Below, piece by piece: positions 1-11,421 of a stretch of DNA of 64,000 bases. The translations under genes and the position numbers were made by a program. A model generated the notes under the pieces. That model ran no database searches and was not told the DNA's origin. It worked only from the letters and a program-made list of their open reading frames with translations. Position 1 is the first letter of the stretch. Every line of letters starts with the position of its first letter. Source of the DNA: Mobula hypostoma (Eukaryota); contig NC_086097.1 of assembly GCF_963921235.1 (NCBI RefSeq), forward strand, positions 98,458,001 to 98,522,000, given 5' to 3'.

Positions 1-118
1 CTGCTCCATTGTTCCTTATCTCTCCTTCCCCTGAGGGCAGGTGGCAGACCAACTGCTGATGCCACTGATGCTAGCCCAGGCCAGCAAACATCTTAATTTT
101 ATGTGTATTCTCGTAACA
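1..118 (-). repeat. 3' LTR, partial
   Basis: Identical to 4005-4122; adjacent to the polypurine tract. Confidence 0.92.
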
Positions 119-130
119 CTTCCCCCCTTT
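119..130 (-). promoter_or_regulatory. Polypurine tract
   Basis: Minus strand AAAGGGGGGAAG immediately precedes the 3' LTR. Confidence 0.85.
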
Positions 131-290
131 AAGGATTTTTACCGGGAGGTAAAAATTACAAACATGACTACATTGTCTGATACATACACAATATACATCT
201 TTAACAGTTATTTAGCTAATACAGAGAATTTGAAGCTGTCAACACCTTGACAGACAGTCATCACATTTTCTGTTCCTTTTACACGTGTTA

Positions 291-1178
291 TTAATAACTC
301 CTTAGACCAGGCTCCAACTCAGCAAACTTCATAGTGGCCAAAAACACTGATGAATTGCGACCAATGTAACCTCTCATTTGGTTTTGTCCCGGACCACAAC
401 AACAAGGGTCGTCCCATTCCGACTCAATTTTCTCTCGCAAGGGCTTAGTAGGAGGGGGACGGGTATTGACCGCAGAGTTATTGCAAAACTTCCTGCAGTA
501 CCCCACCATCTCCAAAAGCCTTCTGAGGGCCCTCTTGTCTGTCGGGGTTGGGAGGTCAGCGATAGCCTGCACTGTAGCTTGCATCACTGCCAGCTGCCCC
601 TGTGTCACCACAATTCCCAGGTAAGTGACATTCGTGTGGCCGAATTCATTTTTTCCAAGGTTCACTATCAAGCTGGCTTCAGACAGCCGTGTTAAATTGC
701 CAATACACACCTCTGTGTTCATCAGCCCTTTAGTCACTGAATTACTCAAAAAATATGGGTGTTGTTTACTTGGCCGCCCTATTGTAACCACAATCACCCA
801 ACGTCCCAGTTCTTTGCATTTCCTCGGGACAATCAAACACATGGGTGCGAGTCGTTTAATTACTCCTTCGGGGATTAAGGGAGAGACCTTATCAGTAGAC
901 CTGGCCAAAACAATAGCCTTCTCCCATCTGACCGATCCCATCCTAATCTTTTCAAAATGGTTTTTTTCTCTTATCAAGGGGCCCCTAGCTTCATTGATTT
1001 CCACGCTAACACCGACTAGGTTTGTTAGCATATCAAAAGCCGGTGACCGTCTCAGTTCGCGTCGGTCATGATCAATAACATTCTTCCCCCTGGGCAGCCG
1101 GTAAATCTCTTTCATGATTCCACCAACTGTTTCCCCCAGCACCGCAAAATGTCCACCGGGGGGTACTTCGTGGGCCAT
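291..1178 (-). pseudogene. Collapsed integrase/RT remnant, 295 aa open frame, catalytically dead
   Basis: AHEVPPGGH (integrase HHCC start), then KQHPY, NLGKNEFGHTNVTYLG and LPTPTDKRALRRLLEMVGY (RT fragments); the YxDD position appears to read CIGN. Confidence 0.75.
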
Positions 1179-1196
1179 GTTAAAAACCTCATCCCC

Positions 1197-3164
1197 TTAA
1201 CTCTTTTGCACCACCCCCCACTCCTCATCTGCGGATGCTGTACTTGATTTCCCTTTCTTCCTTAGCACTTCCTCATCCGCACAATAGCTTGTCAAGGCTG
1301 TGTCAGAGAGAGCGGTCTCGGCAAAAACCATCAGCCCCTCGTCTCGCTCCTGCGTCTGCACAAATTCTTTCCTGGCTACTGCTACGTCCGTCCCAGCTCC
1401 CTCACTACCTCTTATCTCACTACACCCTGTCTCATACAAGGTTGGCAGAAATGTTTCAGCCAAATTCACCATCGCGGGCGGGGCCTCCATGCTGGCAGGC
1501 TGACCCGTCAATCTCACGACTGGGAACACGATTCCTCCGGCGATGTCATTACCGAGCAAGACTTCCACGTCTTTCATCGGTAATTCGGACCTCACCCCGA
1601 TCGTGACTAGTCCAGAGACCAGGTTGCTCTGTAAATGTATCTGGTGCAAAGGGACTGACTCTGTCCCTTCCCCAACACCTTTGACCTCTACCTCCCCAAT
1701 CTGGGTCTCTGAGCTAAACTCTAATACACTCTTCAGTATTAGTGACTGACACGCTCCCGTGTCTCTCCAGATCCGCACTGGAACTGGTTTTAACCTCTCC
1801 TTCACTGACACCAGTCCGGCCGAGATAAACCTCTCGCGCCCTTCCTGGACTTTTTCAGACCTGTCCTTCCCTAGCGGTTCGCTTAACAGCTCGATACAGC
1901 CATTCAAAATTTCCGCTTTTCCTTTTCCCGTCTCCTTCCTTGGGGCAAAGCACCTGGACGCAAAGTGTCCGACTTTCCCACAATTATAACAGACGACTCC
2001 AGGAGACTTCCTACCAGACTGCTCCCGGTCTACCTTATCCTTTTCACTAGTCCCCGGCTTACTTTCTGACTTTTCCGGTGGACTCCCCCCGCCGTCCTGA
2101 CTACCCTTCTGGTAGCCTTTACTCGGGGCAACCTTCATTTTATGCGTCAACGCATACTCATCCGCTAACTTAGCAGTTGCGGCTAACGTGGCTGCCTCTT
2201 TCTCATCGAGGTAGGGTCTCATACCCTCAGGGACACAACCTTTAAACTGCTCAATCAGAACCAGTTGTAGCAGTCTGTCATAATCCCCCTCTACCCCTTT
2301 CGAGGCGCACCAACGCTCACAATATGTTTGCATCTCACGAGCAAACTCCAAATACGTGCGGTCCCACCGCTTCCTCGCATTCCGGAACCTCTGCCGGTAT
2401 GCCTCCGGGACCAACTCATAAGTCCTGAGGATGGCCTCCTTCACCACCTCATACTTCTGGGCATCTTCCGGGGATAAAGCTGAGTAAGCTTGTTGGGCTT
2501 TCCCTTTCAGTACACTCTGAAGCAAGACAACCCACTTATCCCTCGGCCATTCCTGACTTATAGCTACTTTTTCGAAGTGGAGAAAGTACCGATCCACATC
2601 GGTATCGTCAAATGGGGGAACCAGCCTAACCTCCTGGGTCGCCCGGAACCCTCCACCTTGGTTCGGCACGAGCCCCTGCTCGGCCCTTATCTTTAACTTC
2701 TCCAGCTCAAATTCCCTTTCCCTCTGTTTCTCCTCTCTCTCCAACTGTCTGTCCCTCTCTCTCTCTTCTCTCTCCAACTGTCTTTCTCTCTCTTGCCTTT
2801 CTACCTCTTTCTCTCTCTCCTGCCTTTCTAACTCTCTCTCTTTCTCCTGCCTTTCTAACTCTCTCTCTTTCTCCTGCCTTTCTAACTGCCGTACCCGGAA
2901 CTCGTGCTCGAGTCTCAGTTTTTCAAGCTGTACCTGTACCGCGTCTCCAGCAGGTTTTTCAATAGACACCTCCCCCAGCTCACCTTGGGGAAACACACCT
3001 TTAGATACATAGTGCTCTACAATAGCTCTGTGTATCTCCTCTCTCCTCATTGTCGACTTCACCTTAGCAAGATTCACCCGTTTTGCCACAGCTATCAATT
3101 CCGATTTCCTGGCATCCTCTAATGCCTCCAAGGTCGGCGCCTTTATAAATTCCTCAACCTCCAT
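1197..3164 (-). CDS. Gag-protease polyprotein, 655 aa: coiled-coil repeats, SCAN-like capsid, CCHC knuckle, aspartic protease
   Basis: PEAYRQRFR...LIEQF (SCAN-like), CYNCGKVGHFASRC, RDTGA...LLGND; uninterrupted ORF. Confidence 0.9.
   Translation of the reverse strand: MEVEEFIKAPTLEALEDARKSELIAVAKRVNLAKVKSTMRREEIHRAIVEHYVSKGVFPQGELGEVSIEKPAGDAVQVQLEKLRLEHEFRVRQLERQEKERELERQEKERELERQEREKEVERQERERQLEREERERDRQLEREEKQREREFELEKLKIRAEQGLVPNQGGGFRATQEVRLVPPFDDTDVDRYFLHFEKVAISQEWPRDKWVVLLQSVLKGKAQQAYSALSPEDAQKYEVVKEAILRTYELVPEAYRQRFRNARKRWDRTYLEFAREMQTYCERWCASKGVEGDYDRLLQLVLIEQFKGCVPEGMRPYLDEKEAATLAATAKLADEYALTHKMKVAPSKGYQKGSQDGGGSPPEKSESKPGTSEKDKVDREQSGRKSPGVVCYNCGKVGHFASRCFAPRKETGKGKAEILNGCIELLSEPLGKDRSEKVQEGRERFISAGLVSVKERLKPVPVRIWRDTGACQSLILKSVLEFSSETQIGEVEVKGVGEGTESVPLHQIHLQSNLVSGLVTIGVRSELPMKDVEVLLGNDIAGGIVFPVVRLTGQPASMEAPPAMVNLAETFLPTLYETGCSEIRGSEGAGTDVAVARKEFVQTQERDEGLMVFAETALSDTALTSYCADEEVLRKKGKSSTASADEEWGVVQKS
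2725..2890 (-). repeat. Coding tandem repeat of about 27 bp in gag (ERELERQEK)n
   Basis: Repeated tctcctgcctttctaactctctctctt units. Confidence 0.85.
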
Positions 3165-3234
3165 TTCTGCTGTTTGTCTTTTCTTTCTTTCGGGAATTTT
3201 AACCCAATCAATTTACTCCGTCCCAAATTTAGCG

Positions 3235-3259
3235 TTCAAAATCGCGGACGAGAACCCCA
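3235..3259 (-). promoter_or_regulatory. Primer-binding site, tRNA-Pro-like (imperfect)
   Basis: Minus strand reads TGGGGTTCTCGTCCGCGATTTTGAAC just inside the LTR, resembling the tRNA-Pro complement TGGGGGCTCGTCCGGGATTTGAAC. Confidence 0.75.
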
Positions 3260-3263
3260 CTTA

Positions 3264-4122
3264 TGTTACGTACCCCGTAACTGGGTTGCCAAACCAGCAG
3301 AAATGGATCACTCAGTTGGAGTCTGGAGTACTAGAACTAAGAAAGTTTTATCAAAGAAACAAGCAACACAGTAATCGAAAGGATAATAAATGCAACAGTT
3401 CAGTGATGATAAACACACATGTGCACAGAATTAAGATAACAGCATCAATCAAGCTCTATCGTTGTCTAGGGGTAAATGACCAATTTCAAAATGACTCAAA
3501 GTTCAGTCCAGTTTAGTAGTTCAGTTCGCAGTAATCGTTGCCATGGCGATGGACAAGGTGGGGAAGAGAGAGATAGAATAGGAACAACTCATCATTCAGC
3601 ACAGCTTCACTCACAGACCAGCGAGATGGCTCACAAACAGCTTTTGGGCGGGTCCTTGGTGATGTCACCTGAGGTCACCGACTGTGACCCCTCCTCCAGA
3701 TGCGGTCGATCCTCTGCAGTGAACCCGGCACCCAGGCAAGGGCGGACACACACCGGGTTCCCGCTGATCGTACCTTTCCACCCTTGTCGTTGTCTGGCAC
3801 TTCTCACCCACTCGTGAGAAGCGCACCGCTTCCAGGGTCTCGTTACCTCGGGTGGCGTGTGTGTCTGTCTTAGCGAACCTGTCCCTTTTTATCCCCCTGC
3901 TGGGGTATCGCCTGTCCATCACTTCAAACAGTTCAGGGTTCAAAGGGGGGAGCCGCTCCAGACAGCTCTTCCTCCCACATCCCTTCATTACACATCTCCA
4001 GACGCTGCTCCATTGTTCCTTATCTCTCCTTCCCCTGAGGGCAGGTGGCAGACCAACTGCTGATGCCACTGATGCTAGCCCAGGCCAGCAAACATCTTAA
4101 TTTTATGTGTATTCTCGTAACA
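3264..4122 (-). repeat. 5' LTR (859 bp)
   Basis: TG...CA termini with a 7-bp inverted repeat; duplicated at the window start. Confidence 0.92.
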
Positions 4123-4885
4123 CTGAATTGCTGAGTGAATTGCTTCTGTACCTCCTACCTGATGGTAACAATGAGAAGAGGCCATGTCCTGGGTGGTGGG
4201 GGTCCTTAATAATGGATGCCGCTTTTTGAGGCATTGCTCCTTGGGATACTATGGAGGCTAGTATCCATGATGGGGCTAACTAATTTTACAACTTTCTGTT
4301 GCTCTCTGACTCTAATGTCAAGGATTAATTAACATTGGATTCAATGATTCTGGATTACCATGCTTTGTGTCAGAGCTATCTGCTTCTAATGGAAGGTCAT
4401 TCATCATATGAAGATCATTTGCTCTCCTACCATTGTGCAAACGTTACATGATCTGATTGTCTCCCACAGTTCCTGTCAAAATGAACAGGTCTGTGCATAC
4501 AGTCTCGCGTTGAAAAAAGCAACTAAATAGATTGAAAAGCTTGAGTCTGATGTTTTGGGGAGTTGGGTATCTATGGTGAGAGTGTCTGTTGAGCGTTTTG
4601 CCATGAATTATGTCTCTCATTGGCTTTGCAGTAAATGAGGAGGAGCAGATATTATGTATGTTCTTCGAGTTGTTCCCAACATTGCACAAGTATTTTCCTG
4701 TAATTGTCAAAGCTGAGCACCTTGTCTAAAGATCCAGCATTATCTTGTATTATTACACTCTTTGAATTAGTTTGGCCTGTATTGAGGAATGTACACTGAT
4801 GAAGTGTTCCATCAGCAACCACATTGTAATTTTTTTTCAGACTCTTTGCCAATAACTGCTGTCTTTTATCTTTTCTTGGTTTTAG

Positions 4886-5028
4886 AAAACATTGTACACA
4901 CAAACTGCACCTTTCCATGTGGTGATAACCAGTTATCAGCTGGTGGTTCAGGATGTGAAGTACTTTCAGCGGGTGAAGTGGCAATATATGGTGCTAGATG
5001 AAGCACAGGCACTTAAAAGCAGTTCCAG
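4886..5028 (+). CDS. INO80: INO80 coding exon (first in window): [47 protein letters not shown], Walker B/DEAQ box
   Basis: Polypyrimidine tract with ttttag acceptor and AG|gtaaac donor; 143 nt, ends in phase 2; translation recognised as INO80 SNF2 ATPase. Confidence 0.96.
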
Positions 5029-5219
5029 GTAAACCTGTCTTATCAGTTTCATTCTGCATGAATGGCTTGTGTCAGGAGGGTTTATTGGCAGACATGCATG
5101 GGGAATACAGATGTTAAAGTTGACAGGCAGGTAAACAAGGGGGAATTTACAGATGTATCTATTGGAAGGTATTTGGATGATGAATGTAGTTGTTTAAGGC
5201 ATTGTACCATGGATAACTA

Positions 5220-5600
5220 AGAGGATAGTGACGCTTTTAACAGTAAAGTGCAGCAAAGATTCACCGGGATGTTGTTTGGATTGTAGAACTTCAGTTATTG
5301 GAAAGTGGTGCAATAGGATGGATTTGTTTTCTCTGAAGCAAAGGAGGCTGAGAGGTGACATAGTATAAATATAAAAATTATGAGAGGCACAGAGAGGGTT
5401 TCTAAAATCATTTCCCCAGGTCAGAGTATCAAAAATGAGGGCACAAGTTTCAGTTAAGCTGAAATTTTAAAAGCGGTATGATACCTGGATATCAGAAGTG
5501 GTCGTGAAGACAGATAAAATTATGATGTTTCTGGGCAATCACTTAAATAGACAAGGTGTAGAAGGAAATGGTCATAATGCAGTCAAATGGAATGAGCACT
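5220..5600 (+). mobile_element. Old degraded CR1 LINE 3' fragment
   Basis: gtgcagcaaagattcaccgggatgttg...aggaggctgagaggtgac resembles the CR1 ORF2 C-terminus. Confidence 0.65.
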
Positions 5601-5673
5601 GATGGTCAACAAGGAGAGCATGTGTGTTGTGGGGCTAATGTCCTGATTCTACGATCTATGGACTCATTTTCTC

Positions 5674-6727
5674 TGGATTCAGAACTGGCTTGCCCACAGA
5701 AGGCAAAGAGTGGTTGTAGACAGGTCATGTTCTGCATGGAGGTCGGTTACAGTGGTGTGCCTCAGGGATCTGTTCTGGGACCCCTACTCTTTGATTTTTA
5801 TAAATGACCTGGATGAGAAAGTGGAGGAATGAGTTAGTAAATTGCTGATGACACAAAGGTTGGGGGTGTTGTGGATAGTGTGGAGGGTTGTCAGAGGTTG
5901 CAGTGGGACATGGATAGGATGCAAAACTGGGCTGAGAAGTGGCAGATGGAGTTCAACCCAGAAAAGTATGACATGGTTCATTTTGGTAGGTCAAATATGA
6001 TGGCAGAATATAGTATTAATAGTAAGACTCTTGGCAGTGTGGAGGATCAGAGGGATCTTGGGGTGCGAGTCCATAGGACACTCAAAGCTGCTACGCAGGT
6101 TGACTCTGTGGTGAAGAAGGCACAGGATTGAGTTTCAGAGCCAAGAGGTAATGTTACAGCTATATAGGACCCTGGTCAGACCCCACTTCGAGTACTGTGC
6201 TCAGTTCCGGTCACCTCATTACAGGAAGGATGTGGAAACCATAGAAGGGGTGCGGAGGAGATTTACAAGGATGTTGCCTGGATTGGGGAGCATGCCTTAT
6301 GAGAATAGGTTGAGTGAACTTGGCCTTTTCTCCTTGGAGCGGTGGAGGATGGGAGGTGACCTGATGGAGGTGTATAAGATGATGAGAGGCAGTGATCGTG
6401 TGGATAGTCAGAGGCTTTTTGCCAGGGCTGAAATGGCTAAGACGAGGGGGGCGCAGTTTTAAGGTGCTTGGAAGTAGGTACAGAGGAGATGTCAGGGGTA
6501 AGTTTTTTTTACGCAGGGAGTGGTGAGTGCGTGGAATGGGCTGCCGGCGACTGTGGTGGAGACGGATACAATCAGGTCTTTTAAGACACTCCTGGACAGG
6601 TACATGGAGCTCAGAAGAATAGAGGGCTGTGGGTAACCCTCGGTAATTTCTCAGGTAAGGACATGTTCAGCACAGCTTTGTGGGCCGAAGGGTCTGTATT
6701 GTGCTATAGGTTTTCTATGTTTCTATG
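5674..6727 (+). mobile_element. 5'-truncated CR1 LINE (RT C-terminus and 3' UTR)
   Basis: GVPQGSVLGP, WQMEFNPEK, LYRTLVRPH; ends in a ttctatgtttctatg tail. Confidence 0.92.
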
Positions 6728-7455
6728 ACTCTGTAACTCATGTTCTCAGCATTTTGTTATTTGCACAATTTGTCCTCTTTTTTTACATTCTTTCCTGGTA
6801 AATTCTTGCAAGGAAATGAATCTCAAGGTTGTATAATGGTGACACACACGTACTTTGATAATAAATTTACTTTGAACTTTGTGCTGAACGTCTCTGGCTC
6901 TGAGTGTGATATTTGTTTTTTTTATTAGTCCAAAAGTGAATGGTAAGATCTTGTTTTGGAAAAGTTTGTTAAACTAATCTGAATTGCATTGTTTCTCGAT
7001 GTGACCATATCTGATCTGTCATTATCTTTTCACAAAGCCTACAGGTGAGAATTGTGGTGTCGCTTGCAAAGAGCTGGAGAAATTTAGAATTATTTCTCTT
7101 GACGTAACTAAATATTGAGGGAGTAGGAAGGACTTTGGTTATTGGGGATCATGGGTATTATTATATCTTTCACTCTTACGTTGGATTTAATTTAATTGCC
7201 TGCAGTAGTCTAACTGGGAATTGTCCATTCCTGTGAATGGTAGTTCTTCAGAGCTCTCTGGTTGGTAGATTGTCCAGTCTTCATCATTGTTTATTTGCTG
7301 TTGGAATTTTGGTAGAGTTGGTATCGGGTTCTTTAAACTGGGTCCACACGGCAAAGAAATATGATACCATTGGATGCAGAATGAATTTTTGACCTACCAG
7401 TTGTTGCAAGCTACGTAAGCTTGAATTGTCTAAGGCACCTCCTTTCTCTCTGCAG

Positions 7456-7540
7456 TGTTCGTTGGAAGATTCTGCTACAATTCCAGTGTCGCAACCGACT
7501 GCTGCTTACAGGAACCCCCATTCAGAACACTATGGCAGAG
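7456..7540 (+). CDS. INO80: INO80 exon: (S)VRWKILLQFQCRNRLLLTGTPIQNTMAE, helicase motif III
   Basis: ctctgcag acceptor, GAG|gtcaga donor; 85 nt; phase matches the previous exon. Confidence 0.96.
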
Positions 7541-8113
7541 GTCAGATATCCTTTTGTACCAGCATTATTCAGTCAAAATTGCAGATAGGCAGCTATGCTT
7601 ATGAAATACCTCCAGATGTAAAAAAAAATGTTGAGATTTGTATTTTGTAAAAGTTTTGGTAAATTGCCATAGGGTATCTTGTAGTATTTGAGGGGTCTGG
7701 ATCACAACCTTTAATCTATTTAGAACTATCTTTTTGGAATTCGTTCCTAATTTTATTCCTGTAAGAAGATTCTTCTCTTGCGTGTCCTTGTGCCTTGTTT
7801 TCATGCTCCAGAAGCAACTGTCCACCTCCATTGCTTTTTTTATTGTAATATGAAAGTTCTTTTTGTTGCCAAGTAGTTTATCCTTCCTTTTTGAGTACAT
7901 GTACAATGTGTAGTTAAGAAGAAAATAAGTTTTAAGAAAAATGCGGTTTCTGCCATATTTTAAGCATAAGCATCTGTTGGAAGTGAGCATATAATTGGTA
8001 GTTAATACTGTTCTAGTAAACATCTAGGAGAGAAGTAGTGGGTAAATGAACTTGCATATAAAGCTTTTTCTGGCAATTATTATATTTATAGTATTTATTG
8101 CTTCTTCCCTTAG

Positions 8114-8231
8114 CTGTGGGCACTGCTACATTTCATCATGCCAACACTCTTTGATTCACATGATGAATTCAATGAATGGTTTTCCAAGGATATTGAAAGC
8201 CACGCTGAGAATAAATCTGCCATTGATGAAA
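8114..8231 (+). CDS. INO80: INO80 exon: [39 protein letters not shown](N)
   Basis: ccttag acceptor, A|gtaagt donor; 118 nt. Confidence 0.96.
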
Positions 8232-9100
8232 GTAAGTGCTTGCTTTCAAAATATAATACAGTGTTTAGTTACCTTGTGTCAGACTCGTATAGCCTTTTTC
8301 CTGTTCCAAAGCATTTCTTGTATTTTTGTACTGGTATTTTGTTTCTAGCAGTATTTGGTCCTCACAGTTATTGATCTTTGACTGAAAATGTTTTCCCTGA
8401 TTTCCTTTGCTTAATTTTTACTTCAAACTTCATGAGCACTAGCCACTCCAGCATTGAGGACATCTTCAAAAGGTGATGTCAGTGATATTTAAACCTGGTG
8501 CTGATTCTGAAACTTGTTAAATTTCACTCTGTTTTATGAGTATTCGGTCATCTGAGACCCCATTATACTACCGTATTCATTATCTGCAGCCAGACCATAG
8601 TGAATTCTTCAGTGTATCCCAGAGACAAATTTGTTAAACATTTATTCCTATGGCAAAAGCTTGGAAGTAAGCTCTGTTTGCAGCCCACACATGCATAATA
8701 TGGAATTTCATGAAATAGGAACATGAGCTCCTGTCGTGGACAATGGCTGTTAACAGATTAATGAGATTAAGAATGAATATTCATTATTACACTGAAATTT
8801 AGATGGTGCATGGGAGGGATTCTCGTTTAATTTTTGTTCTAGTTCTTTAATATTGGAATTAAATATGTTTGAATTTGCCTTTTGAGCGGCAGACTGAGAC
8901 AAGCCATTGCTCGGTTGCACAATTTTTTGTTGGATTGGAGACAGTGCTGGCTAGATAGAACAGTCACTGCCAGCTCGTTTGGATCTTTAATGCCAGCGTA
9001 TTGGAGAACAGGTCCTCTAGGGGCACTTGACAAAGTGTTTGGGCAGTGCCAGTGAAGAGCACAAACTAATTCTGATGACTTTCCCATTTTATCTCTATAG

Positions 9101-9186
9101 ACCAGCTGTCTCGTCTCCACATGATTCTCAAGCCCTTCATGTTAAGGAGGATCAAAAAGGATGTGGAGAATGAGCTCTCTGATAAG
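9101..9186 (+). CDS. INO80: INO80 exon: [28 protein letters not shown]
   Basis: ctatag acceptor, AAG|gtaaga donor; 86 nt; conserved SNF2 LRR motif. Confidence 0.96.
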
Positions 9187-9905
9187 GTAAGACTGGTATT
9201 ACATGATAGATGTAGTGTCTTGGAATTGACAGTGATTTGTTCCCAAACCAGTAATACCTGATCATCGCTTTAAAGCTGGTACTAGCAACAATTATGTTCA
9301 TTCTGACCTGTGAAGTTGTATTGCATGGTTTGAATGTGTGTAAGTTTTAAGATGAGTTAATTTGATATTTCTTGGAAGTGGAATTTTTAAGAAATGATTT
9401 CCTTTTAAAGAAGTTGCGCTGCATTTAAAATGTGTGTAAGTCAAGATTTCCTCATGATGTAGTTTGCTGATCTGATTTTATTGAAATGGTATTACACTGC
9501 TATATCAATCAGATTGAGTCTAAGAGGATTTGCTTGTTATTCCTGTATTTTGTTATCAATATTTTGCCCCCCCCCAAAACAAAAATGCTTTCACTTTCTC
9601 TTGTGAGACTTTGTCTCTTGGTTGGTGTATTATTGCCATGCTGAAATAATATCAAAAGTATACTTGTATAAATATGAGTAATTTATTTCTGAATATTATG
9701 TATTTGAATAGTGCAATATTGCTGTTGGTGTTCAAATTTCTTTATATACAGTAAGATTTTTGAAACACAAGTACCCTAGATGGAGCCAAAGTGTATCTCA
9801 ACAAATATACACATGTGAAAGATGGAGCTTACTATGTTTTCAGCTGACCTGAATCCCGCTTGACTGTATCCACTAAATGAGTGTTCTGCTTTGTGTTCCA
9901 TGCAG

Positions 9906-10073
9906 ATTGAGATACTAATGTACTGCCAATTGAAAAGCAGGCAGAAGATGCTCTATCAGGCTTTAAAGAACAAAATTTCCATTGAAGACCTACTACAGTC
10001 ATCCATGGGAACCACTCAACAGGCCCAGAACACCACCAGCAGTCTTATGAACCTCGTCATGCAATTTCGAAAG
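9906..10073 (+). CDS. INO80: INO80 exon: IEILMYCQLKSRQKMLYQALKNKISIEDLLQSSMGTTQQAQNTTSSLMNLVMQFRK
   Basis: tgcag acceptor, AAG|gttaac donor; 168 nt, phase 0-0. Confidence 0.95.
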
Positions 10074-11421
10074 GTTAACAGATAGATTATTGTCTCACTT
10101 CCTTTCATTCACTTGCTCACATTTCTGGATTTGGTTGTATAGTTCCTAAAATCTTTTTTATTTAATTCTATCATAAAAGAGACCATTTTTAAAGAAACTC
10201 TAAATGAACAAAAGAGTGAACAAGTGGGGAGAGTGGAAGTAAATTCAATAAGTTTGCTTTGGTTGTTCCATTATAAATGTGATCACAGGAAATGTTAAAC
10301 TAGAATGAGTGGTGCAGGTTTTCCTGTAAGGTCTGAGCTGTTTATCAAGCAAACCTTGAAAATGGTGTGGGCTAAAAGAGCTGTGACCAAGTCAGTTATA
10401 CATTTTAAATACCTGAATCTGAACACCGAGACACTCAAGTTGGCTGATGTGCAGACAGCAGCAAAGTTTGTGCTGAACAAGATGCTTCTAAGCGGAAATT
10501 ATAAAATTAGTTCCCTGATGAATCTGATACTTTGTGCAGAATCTAGGATATTTCTGGATAATCATGAAGTAATGTCCATCAAAGAGTACTCCCTGTATTT
10601 GAAGCTCCTCCACATGATAGTCAACTCAGCTTTTCTCTGTCCTCAAAGCCTTAAAAGTTGCCTGTTCAGTATGGACCTCACCACTTTGCAGAGGCTACAT
10701 GACATTTAGAATGTTGGGCAAACCATGATCATTGTGCTGAACATGATGGCAAATTAAACTAATCCCTTCTGCCAGCACATGATCCATATCAGTTTAATCT
10801 CTGCATATTAACGTGCCTCTCTAAGCCCCTCTTAGACAGCAACTATGGTATCTGCTTTTTCCACCACTCCATTCAGTGTGTCCTAAATGCTTATCTTTGT
10901 GTATAATATAAAAAGCCCCAAATATCCCTTTTAAACTTATCCTGTCTTGCCTTAAAGCTGTGCCCATCAGTGTTTGACATTTTACCCTGGGAACCAAATT
11001 CTGTTTACCCCTTCAATGCCAATCACAATTTTGTAAACTTCTGTAAGGTCACGTCTCTACCTCTAATGCTTCAGGGGGAAAAAAAAAAATCCAGGTTTAT
11101 CCAACCTCTTATTTGTTTGTTTTGTTCTCCCCTTTTCTCTATCTTCCCTGATGCTTGTGGGTCATGCATCTGTGAGCCCAGCACTACTTTGGTTGCTAAA
11201 CAGGTGTACAGTAACCATCAGAAGTATTATCCTTAGGTTCATTGTGAGTGAGGATCATGGATAGGAGCCCTTTTTGTTTTAATTTCTGCTTTCCTGAGTT
11301 AGACGAGCTTAGCATCTGCCTTCATCCTGGGAGAATCTGCACAAACCAAGGATTTGTGCTTTCTCACAGTACACCATCAGGGATAAGAGCTTTTATGCAC
11401 GATGTCAGATTTAGGAACTAA

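Larger units (their letters stand above)
1..4122 (-). mobile_element. Gypsy/Ty3 LTR retrotransposon, Gmr1-like with SCAN-type gag; non-autonomous; 3' LTR cut by the window edge
   Basis: LTR 3264-4122 bounded by TGTTACG...CGTAACA; bases 1-118 are identical to 4005-4122; PBS and PPT present; gag-protease ORF. Confidence 0.93.

Noticed and set aside
1197..3164. Domesticated host SCAN/ZSCAN gene
   Set aside because: It is flanked by matching LTRs, PBS and PPT and has no C2H2 array, so it is a retrotransposon ORF
3476..4100. Overlapping ORFs inside the LTR as possible accessory genes
   Set aside because: GC-rich sequence leaves several frames open and no homology is recognisable
7565..8023. 152-aa minus-strand ORF and similar 60-150 aa intronic ORFs
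   Set aside because: No motifs, AT-rich composition, or antisense shadows of TE or INO80 frames; chance ORFs
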